Positions 29,161 through 48,359 of a stretch of 64,000 nt of DNA are shown here, piece after piece. The notes below the pieces were generated by a model, which made no database searches, was not told the DNA's origin, and worked only from the letters and a program-made list of their open reading frames with translations. The stretch comes from Lama guanicoe (taxonomy: Eukaryota), in the NCBI GenBank assembly GCA_013239625.1, contig MU054132.1, positions 248,001 through 312,000 on the forward strand, in the 5' to 3' direction. Made by a program: the position numbers and the translations under genes. Within the stretch, counting starts at the first letter, position 1. The number at the start of each line of letters is the position of its first letter.

Positions 29161-30827
29161 AGTGCTGGGGTCAGTGCCTGGGGCAGGGTAGGGGGGTGTC
29201 TCTCTCCCCTCCCCCATTAAACATATTCTTCCTGGTCACTGCCCTATCCCTACTCTAGCCCCAGCAGGCGGGACCTCTGCACTCCCCTCCTTCAGGAAGC
29301 AGAGAGAGACCCCTTCACACCAGGATCCTGGCCAACAGTGACACGTACCTGGGTACAGACTCACACATGGAGTACACACGGGCACACATGAAGAGACACC
29401 CTCCTGTTGGTGGGACTCCAAGCTGGGAGAGCCAACATGCAGCTTACAAGGTGGTGGCAAGATTTGGAGAGGCCTTTAGGTGAGATGTCCCCATCGCTAC
29501 CAGGAGTGGGGAACAGGAGAGGCTAGAGGTCACTGAACCCTGCATCTTAGGGACTCTAGCTCCCTGAAATGGGCCCTGAGGGTACTACACAGGGTGTGAA
29601 GGGCCTTGGGGCCCCCGGAGCCAGGGTGGAGACATGGCACTGTGGGCAACACCAGACACAGAGTGGGGATCTGAGCAGTCAGGGCTCCCCTGACCCATCA
29701 GGCTGGTCCTCACTTGGGCCCTCACCTCAGGGACCTACTGTCCCAGCTTTGGGTAGTCATAGCCCCAGGTGTTCTGGAAACTTCAGGGAGGTGGCCCAGC
29801 ACCTGCCAGCCTTCTCTTCCTGGGGCACAGGACTCAATTACCCTCCTCACCAGCTATTGCTCCCCAGGCCCAAAGCACACATTTTCAGGGGCTTGGTACT
29901 GCTGGGTTTGCTGGGAGCTCTAGGTCTCTATCCCCACCTGTAAAACGGAGAAGACACCCTGCCCTGGCTAGGCCGCCCCAGGGAGTGTAATCACTAGAAG
30001 GATGTAAGCCACAAGGGTCCTCAGCTCCCAAGACACTGGGGAAAGCTGGGTGAAGGATTTTTATAACTGGAACGACTGGTTTGCATAATCAGAGCTTCCA
30101 AATTACTTAGCAAAACATGTTTGCTTTTTAATTAACGTGTGCTTGAAAAACAATGTTTTTAATTAAAGTGGGTGGGGGAGAGAAAGGATGGTGGGGGAGA
30201 ATATTTCAAGCTCCAAGGCCCAGGCCAGACTTCTTAAAAATGAAATGGGAGCCTTGCCCCAAGTTGGCAGAGGTTGGGAAGCCATGATCCTTGGGGAGCC
30301 TCAAGAACACCCCTACCTGACTGCACCCCTCTATAGCTCCCTTGCTGAGAATTTACCCTTTTGCTGACAGTTCCATCACTCACTAACCCACTGTTCCCTG
30401 CCCCCACCGTGGGAAGGGGTGGTTTTTCAGAAAGCAGTCCTGAGGAGTAGATGAATGGGGGACCACCAGGCAGAGGGAACAGCATGCGTGAAGAGAGTGT
30501 CGGCCTTGTTGGGGGTACGCTAAGTTTACCTGGGAAAGAGAGAGAGGATGTGGGGGGAGATGACTCCTAAAAAAACCAGATCCCCCAGACTGGTGGACTG
30601 GAAAGGTAGAACTGGGCCCAGAGCCACTGATGCCAAAAAAGCCCCAGCAAAGGGGAAGGGGTGGTGATACTGAGCTGGAGCCAGGAACAGAGGGGTGAAA
30701 GCAGGTGAGGCCACAGAGGGCAGCGGGATTGACAGAGGAAGGGGAGGGGCTGTGAAGACTGGAAACCTGTCTGGCCTGGGCACTTGCTGTTCAGAAGCTG
30801 GTGGGCAGGACTGCAGGTTTGATCGGT

Positions 30828-30842
30828 CCGGCAGGGGGCAGC
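30828..30842 (+). promoter_or_regulatory. CTCF motif with upstream TGCAG
   Basis: CCGGCAGGGGGCAGC is a full consensus match; TGCAG at 30812-30816. Confidence 0.6.
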
Positions 30843-33800
30843 ATTGGCCCCACCGTCTTGCACACAGGAGGTACCACCTGGTAGGTGCTCAGAAAATACT
30901 TGAAGAGGGGTGTGAGAATGAGGGGATGGTTCCCCCAAGCCAACCACACCTTCTCCCACTTCTGGCCTTTCAGGGCCAGCACTGGGGTGCAAACTGGGAT
31001 CAAAGGTCAGCATAGGGGTGGGATAGGACGCCCACCGCCTCACTCTTGTAGACAAAGGGAGATTGAGAGGAAGCCTCTGGGGAGTGAGAGCACCCCTAGG
31101 GGTTGAGTCAGATGACCTCGAACCTCTAGCTCCCGATGGCCCCACCCAGGACCCTGTTTCTCATTAGGAGCCTTCTAGCCGCCTAGCCAGCACCCCCAGA
31201 AGAAACATGCCTCCCTGTACTTAATTCATTACAGCACAGGGTGGGAGGCCCAGCGAGTGGGGGGTTATTTTTTCCCCTGAGCTCAGACATTCCTTGCTTT
31301 ATTATTCTCCACATTTCAAAGCAGCTGTCACCTCCCCCCACCACCCCCCAGCCTGAAGCTCAGAATCCAGAAGGGGCCTCTCCAGGGCTCAGAACACCAG
31401 AGGTTCCCACACCTCCAGCCCAGCACAGAGGGGAAACTGAGGCCTAGAGCTCAAGCCCCAGGGCAACCTGCAGGGACCTCCCTCTCCTATAATGCTGCCT
31501 TTCTTGCCCTCATTCACCCTTCCAGGCCACCTTCCGCACAGGTGACCTCAGGGCCCCTCTATAATGCAGAGTCAGCCCTTGCCCCCTACCCTCTCCTGGA
31601 GCGGGTGCTGGGACAGTTCTCAGGGCCCTAACAAACTGAGCCCCCGTTGGGTCAGTGGCCTTACAGAGGGCAAGGCCCATCCTAGAGCAAGGGAGCAACC
31701 TAGACTATAGAGGCCTGGAGTAACCTGGGGGATCATCAAGGGGCCAAGTTGGGGGTATAACAGTTCTAAGGACCCAGTTTCTGAGGACTAGAGAAGCCTC
31801 GACAGATTTTTGCCCTACATCAGAGAGCTGCCGGCCTGGCCAAGCTGCCTCCACAGAGGGTGAGCTACATGTTGCTGGAGGTGTTCAAGCAAGCAGCAGC
31901 TCGTCAGACTTGCCCTGGAAAAGACGTTGGTCCAGGTGTCTGAGGCCCCTTCTTGCCCAACTTTGTGGTCAGAGTCCGGCTGGCAGGCACAGTACCCAAT
32001 CCAGATGAATGGAATTAGAGGCCCCTCCTTGTTCACTCAGGTCTGAAAGCACACGCCACAGCACAAGGACAGGAGACCTGGGAGATGGGCCAGGGCTAGA
32101 GTAGGACGTGGCCAGGGTATTTTCTGTGTGAGTTCCCTATAAGGTCCTGGCACCTGGTGAAGTGCTGGGAGCACGATAGTTGTGCTGTGCTGATGAGTTA
32201 AGTGGAATCTGAGCTGGGTCCTACTCCGAGTGGTAGGGGAGGAAGGCAGCCTGCAGGCGTCAGGGCCTCCACCTAGGAGAGGGACTCTGACCACAGGGGA
32301 AACTGAGGTAGAAGCCCAGGTGGGGCAGGCAACCTGGGGGTGCCAGGGACTGAATTTCAAGGTCACTCTTGACACTCTGTAACCATTTTGCTCCTGCTGA
32401 CCCTACAGCCAGGCATGTCCACATGTATATGGGACTTGACAGCTGGATCCTCAGGTGCCCAGGACAGTAGGTGTTGCTCTGTGATGTGGCCCTGGAGCCA
32501 CAGCAAGCCTGGGGGCCCAGGGCCTGCCCACATCTCCAGATCTACTCTCCAGACCAACCCCAGGGACCCTCTTACCACAAGGAAGGCACCCTGTGGGGGA
32601 TGGACTGCACAGAAACTGAGCTCCTGAGAGGGAGCAGCTGGCTACTAGCTGGCCTGGAGCTGTCTCCACGTAGAGCTGTGGGATTGAGGTATGACACCCG
32701 CTTGGGGGCTCCCTGCCCAGGCCATGTAGAGGGAACCCCTGACACTCCAGAGATTTGCCCAGCTTCATTCTCACCCCCCTCAGCCCTGAGCACTGTTTCT
32801 CTTCCCGAGCTAGAAGCCATTGGATGTTTGCCTTCCTGCCACTGCAGCCACCATCCCACCCCCTGTGCTGCAACTGGGGACAAGAGTCATTGTCACTGGC
32901 TTCCCACCTTCAGCTGCAGGCTTCAGAGGTGGGTACAGGTATGGACATGGAGCGATTGGGGGACACTTGGAATCTCAGGATCCCAGATATTCCAGCAAAG
33001 AAAGTTGAGGCATCTTCACTCATGTGACACCACCCCCCAGCCCCGACCTACAGTGCCTGCTTGTCCTAAGGGCTCATCTGCACTGCCCTTCTAAGTCTCC
33101 ACTCCCCACTCCATCCCAACTGGCAGGGCAGGCCTCTTAGTCATCACAGATGAAACACTGTCAGCCCCCGATTCAAATGAGTCTTGAGCCTGGAAAAGAC
33201 AGGCCCCATTCAAGGGTCTCTATCCAAGGATTTGGGGAGTTTTTGACTGCAACAAACTGAGATTTCCTCAAAACTTAAAAGCTGACTTGTAAGGTCTTAT
33301 TTTGCCAAGTAAAGACATAGAAAACAGAAGGCACCAGCTACCATCACCATTGTTTTGTAAACAAAATAATATTCTTAAGGCCAGACAGGGTGGGGGGGGT
33401 AGGCAGGATGCAATCGCTGAAGAAAAACAGACAGGCCTGGAAGATGCATAAACTGAGCTTCATGGAAAACACACAACATGGGCCTTTGTTTTCTCGCATG
33501 AAAACTTTCTTGGCTATTGTCACAGGTTGGGCCCTGGGGCTCGGGGACGCCCAAGTGCTTCCAATCTCCACCAGAGCAAGAACTCCTTCTGTAGCCTTTC
33601 TGACTGGAATTGCTTCCTCTCTGTTTGCACACCCCTTGGGACAGGGTGCTCACTACCTCTCCCAGTTAGCTCGGGGAACCACATTCTAGAGCACCTTTAC
33701 GTGGCTTCTAAGCCTACTATGAGACAGAGTGAAAGAAACCAGGAGGGGAATGAGATGAATGAGGTGCTGAGGGGAGGAAAGACAGGCCTCCAGATCCAGG

Positions 33801-36800
33801 GTGCAGGGGTAGTGAGGGAAAGGGGTGCTCAGGTTCAGCTGGACCAAAGTATAAAAATCGGGAAGTTGGCCAAGAACTGAGGCTTCCCAGGGGGCACTGT
33901 CTGCCCCATCTCTGGAGTCCCAGAGTCTTCAACTGCCTCACCCCAGCCCCCAGCCCTCCAGAAAGGCTCTGACACATGCATTCTCATTCTCACCAAGGCC
34001 TCAGTGGATATGTGAGATATCCAGACCCATAGGCCAGAGGAGAGAATGGAGATTGGAAGAAAATGGTGGAAACTCAGGCATCCTCAGCCAGACTGGGGAG
34101 GAGGGGCAGGCTGGGGCCCTTCCCAGCCCTGACCTTCCAGGCGCTTCCCATCCAAGGGGCCCTGGGTCCTGGCTGCTGAGACTTGGGGGGATGGGGGCCT
34201 GTTAGGCGGGCGACCCTGGGGAGCGTTGTGTATACACACATACACACACACATACACACACCACATTCCAGCTATGCTCTGTCAGCGTTTGGGCAAACCA
34301 GGATTGTGTGGCTTTGGGAAGGCAGGAACAAATAACCCCCAAACTTGGGTGAGGGCGGGCCTGGGGCTGGTCTGAAGGGGCTTGAGAGAACCCCAGGGAG
34401 GCTTTTCTGTGCTGGGTGACCGGGTTCAAGGTCTGGGGTTTTCCTGCTGTTCTCTAAGGTGACTGGGTTCCCTGGGGTATGGCTGACCCTGTATCCAGGC
34501 TGGCTCATCCTTGTCCCGTCCCCTAAGCCCTCCTCGCCACCCCAGGCCTCAGGAACAACAGCAGAGCACTCCAGCCTGGCACCCCTAGCACCACTTACGC
34601 CACATGAGGGCTGCCTCTCACACCACTGCCCAATTTCTGTCGCCCCTCCTCCCCCCACCTCATCTCCCTCTGATTTCATGCACACCGCTGCTTGGACCCT
34701 TTTACTCTACCCTCTGATGTCTCTTAAGATCTTTATCAGCTTTCTGTCAGCCCCTCTGCCTCTGAGTGTGTTGAGCCCTAGAGTCCAATTTCTCATACCT
34801 GCAGTCTGATTTCTTTCCTTCTTGTGACCTGGTAAGAATTTCCTCCAGTACTTGATTTCTTCAAGACCCTGACTGACTTCATTCTGCGTTGGCCTGAATT
34901 TCTGGCCTTCTTGGTCCCCGAATCAGTGCTATCTAATCCATGTCCCAGTGGTGACCCCAGGATCCCTGCAGATGAAGATGCAGTGGGTGACCCCAAGAAG
35001 CCATGCAGAGACATCAGAGCCCAGGTGGGATGGTAGATTCTGAGGTTCTGAGGCTGAATTCTGCCCCTGGTCCCCCAGCCCTCTGGCTGCCCCACTGACC
35101 CTCTGGTTCAGCCTGGACCAGGACAGCAGAGGTGAATATTCCTGCCACCTTGAAGAGAACTCAGATGAGGCCTCAGGCTGGATAGGACAAGTAAGGCATA
35201 GAGAGACTCCAGACAGGACCCCAGCCTTACGGGGCACATGGCCTAGCATTGGAAGTATGGAGGGGACCAGGTTAATGGGAAGCACCCCATTGCCACCCTG
35301 ATCCCTTTCTACCAGCCACAGGGCCATAGGCTGGACCACCCTGCTTGAGGAGGGAGCTGAGACCAGTGTTTATGCAACTGTGGGAAGGCCACAGCCTGGC
35401 TGGCAGTGCTGCCTGCCCAGTACAAGCGCTTACTCAGCAGAGACCCCCAGCACGTACACACTCAGACATGCACATAAACAGACACACACAAACACAGAGG
35501 TAAACACACGTGTGCATATGCACAGACGAATGGGCACCTGCATTTGCAGGTGTACACACATGGGCACTCACACACTCATGGACACACTCACAGACACAAA
35601 AACACAGGCACGCTTGTAGACAAATGCACACAGGGACACACAAAAATGCACACACATTTCACCCAGCCAAGGCAGGTGGGAATTCCCCCATCTAGGTCTC
35701 TCCACTCTGATACTTGCACCCACAGCCAGCGATCCGAGCCTACACGTGGTCAACACAGCCACAGGTAACAGGCAAAATGCTCCAGAGTGGCACTGTGGCC
35801 ATGACTGGGACAGAGACACATCTAAATGGAGTTGAGTCCTAACAAGGGGGACCAAACCACCCCAGCCAGAGCTCAGCAGACACAACAGCCTTGGCCCTGC
35901 CCCACCGGCCACTGCCAGACTGTCCCCCTCAGTCCACGCTGGAAGACTGGCGGTGGGGGCTGCAGGGTGTCTTGGGGGATGCGTGAGATGCTCTCCTCTG
36001 CTGCCAGGGCAATCCAAGTCGGGTGGTGGCTCCCAGGAACTAGGGCAGCCTGCAAGAGGGAGAGTGTGTTTGGGGGAGGGCTAGGGGTGCTGCAGGACCA
36101 TTCTGGAAACCAGAGAAGGGGCAGGCTTTCTTGAGAGAGCAGGACACATAGTCTTTGGGATCCCGGACATATGTGAACTTGGAGGCAGGACCACTGCTTG
36201 ACTGGAGATGGCTGAGAACATGTGCAGCCTCTCCCTGAAGGATTCAGCCCAGGGTGGGCACCCCTGGAAAGAAAAGGCTGGGACCACACAGTCCCATGTG
36301 GCCCCTGGAGACTTTTGAAAGGGAGCTCAGCTGTTCCTGGGCTTTGTGTCCAAGGAGCAAGTTGGCTGGAGCTTGCCCAGAAGGGTATCGGCCAGTCAGG
36401 AGGCTCCCTGCCCTGACTGGGGCCAAAGGGAGACCCTCCTCTCCTCTGTGGGGGTTCTCAGCCACCCATTGGCCAGGGAGGCCAGCCAGAGTCCAACGAG
36501 GTCACACATGCACATAGGACACCGCACTAGCAGGGGCCACCACATCAAGGCCACTAGCACCTCTGTTCTCTGCCTCACCAGCCAGCCAGACTATGCACCA
36601 TGAAAGGGCAGACCATAGTCCCTCAACCCCTAACCATACACCAGCTCTGAGGCTGGAGTGCACTGTGTTTAGATAAAGAAAGGAAGCAGAATGCCTCAAA
36701 ATCCGCACAAGATATTGCTGAGAGTGTTTTTTAAAATGTCCTGGAATTTGAACACTTCTTACCATTTCTGCTGGGCCAAGTGGGCATCTCCTCCTCTCTC

Positions 36801-37369
36801 CTGGATCCTCCTAACTGGGCTCCCTGCTCCTGTCCCCACACCACAGCCAGAGTGATGCTGATAAAACATCTCTCCAGAGCACACACCTAAGCCCTTCCCA
36901 AAGGCCCTCTGTCATGTCCTGTCGCCTCCCTATCCCACTCTCTGTCCCCATCTCAGAGCCATCGCGCCCTCTGCTGCAATGTCTTCCATCTGATGCCCTC
37001 ACGGCTCCCTGGAGCGGATGCTGAAGTGGTGCCCCACACACAAGTCCCAGCCTGTCTATGGGGCCCTGCCCCAACCAGCAAAGGGGGGAGCTGGTGGATA
37101 AATCGTCTGGTTTGCTCATCCCCTCAGTGGGACACCACCACCATCTCCTGGAGGTCACTAGTGGGGCTGAGCCTGGCTGGCCCAGAGTGTCTTCTGCTCC
37201 CATGCACCCCAGGGACCTCCTTCCCTTCCCAGCTGCTCTCCCATGCTCCCTGCGGTCACGTTCCAGGGACACGACTTGCATTCACATCCTTGTCTCTGCT
37301 CTTCTTCTGGGGAAGTCCAGCCTGAGACACTCCATCTCGCCTTTCTTTTTTTTTTCTAATCTTTAACTA

Positions 37370-38075
37370 TTCCCCGTTCCAAGTGGAATCATATCGTATC
37401 TGTCCTTCTGTGCCTGGCTCATTTCACTTAGCATAATATCCTCAAAGTTCATCCATGTTGTAGCCTGTGTCAGATGTCCCTTCCTTTCTAAGTCAGAATA
37501 AAATTCCACTGTGTGTTTGTGTATATATATATAATATATATATTATATATACCATACACACCACATTTGGTTTATCCATTCATCTGTTGATGGGCACTTG
37601 GGTTGTTTCCACCTTCCAGCTATTGTAAATAATGCTACTGGGAACATGGGTTTACAAATACCTCTTCAAGTCCCTGCGTTCAGTTCTTTGGGGGTATATA
37701 TCCAGAAGTGGAATTTCTGGGTCATACGGTAATTATATTTTTAATTTTTTGAGGACTCTCCCTACTTTTTCCACAGCAGGTGCACCATTTTACATTCCCA
37801 CCCACAGGGCCCAAAGGTTCCAGTTTCTCTACATCCTTGCCAACTTGTTACTTTTTGTTTTCTGGATAATAACTGTCCTGATGGATGTGAAGTGAGTAGT
37901 ATGTCATCGTGGTTTCCATTTTCATGTCCCTAATTAGTGATGTTGAGCATCTTTTCATGTATTTACTGGCCATTTGTATATCTTTAAAGAAATGTCTATT
38001 CAAATCCCCTGCCTGTTCTTGAATTGGATTACTTTTGTTGTTGTTGAGTTGTAGGAATCCTTTATATATTATGGA
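37370..38075 (-). mobile_element. L1 (L1MB-like) 3' fragment
   Basis: atttcacttagcataatatcctcaaagttcatccatgttgtagc; ctaattagtgatgttgagcatcttttcatgt. Confidence 0.85.
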
Positions 38076-39549
38076 TGTCATCTTTTCTTTCAATCTTTGC
38101 CCAACCATTGCCTTCTTAGATAATCACTGACCTCATTTTTTAACATGTCAACACACACACACACACACACACACAGAGCACTGCCCCTCCCTTACTTTGG
38201 GCCCCTCCCCAGCCCTCACTTCACGGCTTGGTGATTTGTGAGGTCTGTGTGGGCTCCGTGAGGGTGGGAGGTTTGACTGCTTTCTCCACTGCAGTGTTCC
38301 CAGGGCTAGAACAGAGTCTGGCACACCATAGGTGCTCAATAAATGCTGAGAGGATGAAGGGAAGGTGGAACAGACTCCTGCATACACACTCACAGCCCTG
38401 CACAGACTCTCACACACACTGCTGACACCCTCCCCTCCACACACACCGGCACACATGCTCTCACACTCACAATCCTGTCACGCTCACACGCAGGCTCCCC
38501 CCACCACACCAACACCCTCAGCAGCCCTCAAACCTGCTCTCACACCCGCACACTCACCACACTAGCAGATGCACTCACATCTACAAAACAGGGCTGCCCT
38601 GACCTCCTGGGCCCTCCTGGCCTGCAGGCTGTTTCCTCCCCTGTGTGGCCCACTCTCCACTCTGGCCCTTGATCTCCCCCACCTCCCTATCTCTAAGACC
38701 CCGAGCCTCTCTGCAGGGCATTGCTCTCCCTCCCCATCAAACCTAAGTTGGTCACCTCCTCCAGGAAGCCTCCCCTCACCTTCTCCACTGGGCTCCGAGA
38801 GGAGGGGAGGGCTTGGCCCCAGGGCAGGGTGTGGGCAGTGGGGCAGACGTTTGCGGGGGTGTGGACACCTCCTCCTGGCAATGCAGGGGTAGAGCACTTG
38901 TCTTCTGCTGAGAAGCCAGGGGCCGAGGAGGATGCTGCCTGCTCTGGCCTAGAGCCACACCACAAGCAGAGAGCCTTGGCTTCCCACCTGAGTCAAGCAG
39001 GATTCTAAGACCTCTTCGGCTCTGACCACATGGGGACAAAGTTAGCTCCTCACCTGCCACTCACTCCCAATATGACTCAGGCGAGGCCATTCTCTGCTCT
39101 GGGCCTCAGTTTCCCCACCTGTGACATGGGTGGCTCTGGACCAATGCCCTGCAGTTCCCTGATTGCTGGACATGGAGTGAGACAGCTTGGACAGCTCTCA
39201 GGCTTCCGGGGGCATCCCTGTGTCAGAGGCCGGAGCAGGGCTGCCATCTCCAGAATGGGAGGGGAGGGCAAGAACAAGGGAGGGGCACCGGGCCTCTTCC
39301 AGCTCAACTCTGCTTCTACCCCAGCGTCCCGGTGGGCAGGCTCGGAGGGTTGTTGGCACAGCAGAGGGGACAGTTTTAATAGGGTGAGCAAGGAGGCAAG
39401 ATTTCAAAATGAGTCCCTTATTTTGTCCAGGGCTCATCATGTGTGGCTCATAGATTTTGCAGAAGTCAACCAAAGAGCCACGAAGAAGTTAGAAGGAAAG
39501 AAGGGAGGAGGGCGGAAAGGAAAGGAGAGAAGAAAGGGAGGGAGGAAGG

Positions 39550-39784
39550 AGGAAAGAAGGAAAGAAGCCATTTATTCATGAGGCCCAAGGGGTAGGGACA
39601 GAGATGCAGTCACAGGCAAGCCTGATGGGGGCGGGAGATGACAGCCCCACAGAGCGGTCTGCAGGGTTGTGCAGAAAGAACTTGAGTCCCGATGCACGCC
39701 CCTCCGTGCCACAGTGCCAGGCCACTGGTGTCAGCAGCATGAATGGGAGATGAGCTGTCCCCAGCGTGGCCTCCCCTGGGCTCC
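39550..39784 (-). other. MYL3: MYL3 non-coding last exon (3'UTR); exon 6 donor at 39985
   Basis: Acceptor ctttgctctcag|ggagcc; AATAAA (minus) at 39571-39576; 3' end approximate. Confidence 0.8.
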
Positions 39785-39999
39785 CTGAGAGCAAAGGTGG
39801 TCACAGGTTACAGAAGAGGGGTTGAGCAAGGCAACGGGTTGTCAGCTGAGAACTGGAGTTGGTGAAGATGGGGAGGTGGCAATAAGGGATTTGGATGACA
39901 GAGGCATGAGGGGTTAATGGAGCTGAAATCAGCAGAGGTGGCAAAGGTGTCAGCAGGTTTGGAAGGGAATAGGGTGGGGTCTCACCTGTGGGGAGAGGT

Positions 40000-44813
<4,814 letters not shown>

Positions 44814-44884
44814 GGAGGCTATAAGCACAGAAAGGACGTGGAGAGAAGGAAGCAGAGAGCAGGGTAGGTGAGTCTCTCGTGCCT

Positions 44885-44995
44885 GGCCTTTATCCTGTCT
44901 GGACACCTCATGACCCCAGCCCCACCCCCGCAGGGCACAATGGGGACAGGGCCATAAAAGGACATTGGCTGGGCTCAGGGGCTATTTCGGGGCTT
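44885..44995 (-). promoter_or_regulatory. MYL3 proximal promoter
   Basis: GATAAA TATA/GATA-like box 44889-44894, perfect CArG CCATAAAAGG 44952-44961, CCAAT 44964-44968. Confidence 0.7.
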
Positions 44996-47900
44996 GGGGA
45001 GGGCATTGTTCAGACTCAGGAACCAGGAACGGGTAGGGGAGAGGGAGGGCTCTCCATTCCTCCCAGTCACCTGTTGGGGAGAGGGAGGGGGAGGCGAGGA
45101 CAGAGGCCACTGCTCAACCCCCACACCCACCCTCAAAAGCTCACGCACACATGCACACAGGGTCCCGGCTGCCCGTCAGCAGGTCAATAAATTGAACAGG
45201 TGCAGAAGGCTGGTCCAAGTGTGTGGTGTGGGTTGTGTTGGGGCAGAAGGACTGGGATTCCCTAAGGGCACCTCTGAGCTAAACTTCCCATCTGTGCACC
45301 GAATTCCCTTGGCCTGTGCCTGTGTGTCTGTGCGGAGGGGGAGAGGGAGGTCTGCGTGTGTCCCTGTGTGTCGTCTCTGTATGTCTGGGTGTTTACGTTG
45401 GGCTGGGGGGGTCTCTGTGTGCATCTGCGTGTGTTGTCTGGGTGTGGGTCTGTGTATGCTGCATCTGTGTCTGTGTGGCGGATGGCCCACGCCTGTCTGT
45501 GAGGGCTGTTTCTGTGTGTCTGTGTCTGGGTGTTTATTGTGTCTGTGTGAGTGTCTGGTCACGGCTCCTAGGCAGTGGCAGCCCCAGGCATGAGTCCGAG
45601 GGTGTCTGGGAACATCCCAAGTGGCAGTAGAAGGGGCTCTGCTCCCTCAAGGGCAGTCACCCAGCCCAGTTCAACAGCCTCTCTCTGACAGCTCCCTGTG
45701 GCCACTTTCCCCACACACCTCAGGGCCTGCTCCCAGCCAGACCCCATACACACATACCCTCTGCCGTTGCCCCTCCTCTGCTTGGCACATTCAAGGCCTG
45801 GCTCCACTGTCCCCTCTTCCAGGAAGCTTTTCTCACCACCCCATGCTGCCCTCTGCCAACCTGTGTGATGGGGCCCCGGGAGGGTCTGCCTCTCTGAAGG
45901 ACCACGGGGGCTGGGTGAGGTTTGCCCCTGGGTGCTCAGCCCGGGATGCTCTTCCGCTAGTTCCTACCCCCAGTGCCACCCTAGAGTGCCCAGCTCTGGG
46001 CAGAAGGCAGTGACAAAGGGCAGCCTTGCTGGGCTACCATTTGGGGATGTGGGGGGAAGTGGGAAGACTGAAGGCTGAAGTGGCATAAGGCCCTTTCAGG
46101 CAGAGAACTCTGAGCATGGGGACATCTTGCAAACACATTGGGCTCCATTCCGCACCCAGTGTCTCTGCCAGGGGGTGGGAAGGAGGAGTTCTTTGTTATT
46201 TTTAAATGCCTAGAGCCTTTGATAGAGACTTCAGAGGCATTGCCCTCCCCACTCCCAGGCCCCCAGGGATTTCCCGGGTATAGAGAGGGGCTGGGGCTGG
46301 AACCTGAGGGGAGGAATCACTGGGGCCCCCAGTACCTTCCTGCTGAGCCGAGGTCCCTCTCATCTTGTCACTCAGCCTCATGGTGAGGGGGACAGCAGTG
46401 CAGGGATGGGGACTGGTTCCCTCCTAGCTGGACCACAGGGACATTCCTCCCCTCATCTGGAGGGCAGAACACCCCACATCTGGAAATCTGACAACATCCG
46501 GTGCTGGGGAGAGGCAAGTTTTTCACTTTTCTTCCAGATGCCTGGCAAGAGTATTGAGAAAGAAACGGGGTGGGGGAGGGTCCACAAAGGCGAGTCAGAA
46601 ATACCACAAGAGGAGAAGACAGACAGAGGGGGACACAGAAAGAGGCCTCTGGGTGGTCCCATCGCCCAGGCCTGCTGACCCTTAGGACAACTGACTCTGG
46701 ACATCCCATGGCCCAGCCACCCACAGGCCCAGCCAACCAGACACTACTTAGTCTCCTTTCACTCATCATAGGGGAAACCGAGGCCCAGGGTGGAGGACAC
46801 ACACAGGGGCACCCAGATCCCAAATCTCATTTATTTTTCCACACACAACTGCGGAAAACACTCAACATCAGCTTGATCAGGGGTCGATGAGTGACATGGG
46901 TCCTCTGGCTCTGTTCCCAGGTCTGTGAGGGGGCGGGCAGGCTCATGCAGCCAGCCAGAGCCACACAGCACCACCTTCCTCTGCCTGGTGAGTGGGTGGG
47001 GGAAGGGGTGTCCGATCCCCTTCCCTCGTGCACAGGTCGGAGGTGGGCCTGCAGTATACAGGGCCATCCTCCACTCCCTCCCCAGGGCTCGGATGGAGGC
47101 CAGGGCTGGGCCTTTGTCTGAGCTCTGGCTCCAGGGCTCACCCCACGGGGCCATTCACAACCCATAACTAATGCAGGGATCAGCCCCCTTGACTGCCAGC
47201 AGGATTGGCTGTCCAGGACAGGAGAAGGCAGGGGTGGGCAGGTGGGCAGGCAGGTGAATGGAGGGGGGGGACTTTGTGGCAGGCAGGTGAACAGAGGAGG
47301 GGGCTTTGTGACAGGAAGGGGTGGGCAGTGGGCAGCAATGACAAGCCACACAAAGCTTGGCACTCACCTCTCTCTCCCAGGTCCCAGCCTAGGGTCCATG
47401 ACTTTCAGGAATGACAGCCCAGCAGACAAGATCCTGGCCCCACCTGGGGGACCTGGAGAACCTGAGGGTGTGGGTCACTCCCCTTTGACTCCCCCAGCTC
47501 TAATGGTCTCAGTTGTGGCCCAGTTTGATTCTGGTGCCACATTCCAGAGCCCTCTCTGGGGGCAGCCACCTAACCTCCCCCAGCTGGGGAAGATGTGGGC
47601 CCTGACTTCTGAGGGGCCCATGGATACAGGCAGGAGACCCCTGGACACACTGACGTCCTTCTAGGTCCCTTCCGGTCCTAAGGCTTTTTCTCAGGCTCTT
47701 TCCTCCCCCTGGTATCCTTGTCTGGGCCACTGGCCGTGACTTGCTCCTTGGCACCTCCAGGGCTCAATGAGATGTCACCTCCTCTGAGAAGCCTCCTTAG
47801 ACTGCCGTGGACCTGCTCCCTCTGCCCTGCGTCTCAGCCTGACTCCCCATCCCGGTACACCTTAAAATGAGCTTGTTTCCTTGTTGTCTTGTCTCTTATG

Positions 47901-48327
47901 TGTGTCCCCCCTCCCACAAATGTCAGCTGGCAGAGGAGCAGTTTTTGGTTTTCTATGCCTATATATCCCCAGAGTCTAGAACAGAGCCTAGTACACAGTA
48001 GGCACATCATAAATGATGCATGAGCAAATGTCCCGAACATCTCTATTTACCCACCTCTCACAGGGGGACTGGAACCCCTTGCAGAAGAATCCTGTCCCTG
48101 GAGTAGGGCAAGAGGAGATTTGCTGATTGACTGACAGTTCTGGTGACTGCCAGGGGCGCCCTGGGACAGCAATGCAGCAGTAGCTGCCTCTAAGCCCACC
48201 TGCCGCCCACCTCGTCTCAGGCCTGCTGTTCACGCCACCCCCCATCCACTGCTGAGACTCCTCTCAAAAGCCTGAAGTTGTAGAGACGGCCCCATGATAT
48301 AAGCAGCAACTTGATCATGACGATCAG

Positions 48328-48342
48328 CCAGCAGGGGGCGTA
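48328..48342 (+). promoter_or_regulatory. CTCF motif between MYL3 and PTH1R
   Basis: CCAGCAGGGGGCG core. Confidence 0.55.
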
Positions 48343-48359
48343 GAAGGGATAGGAACTGA

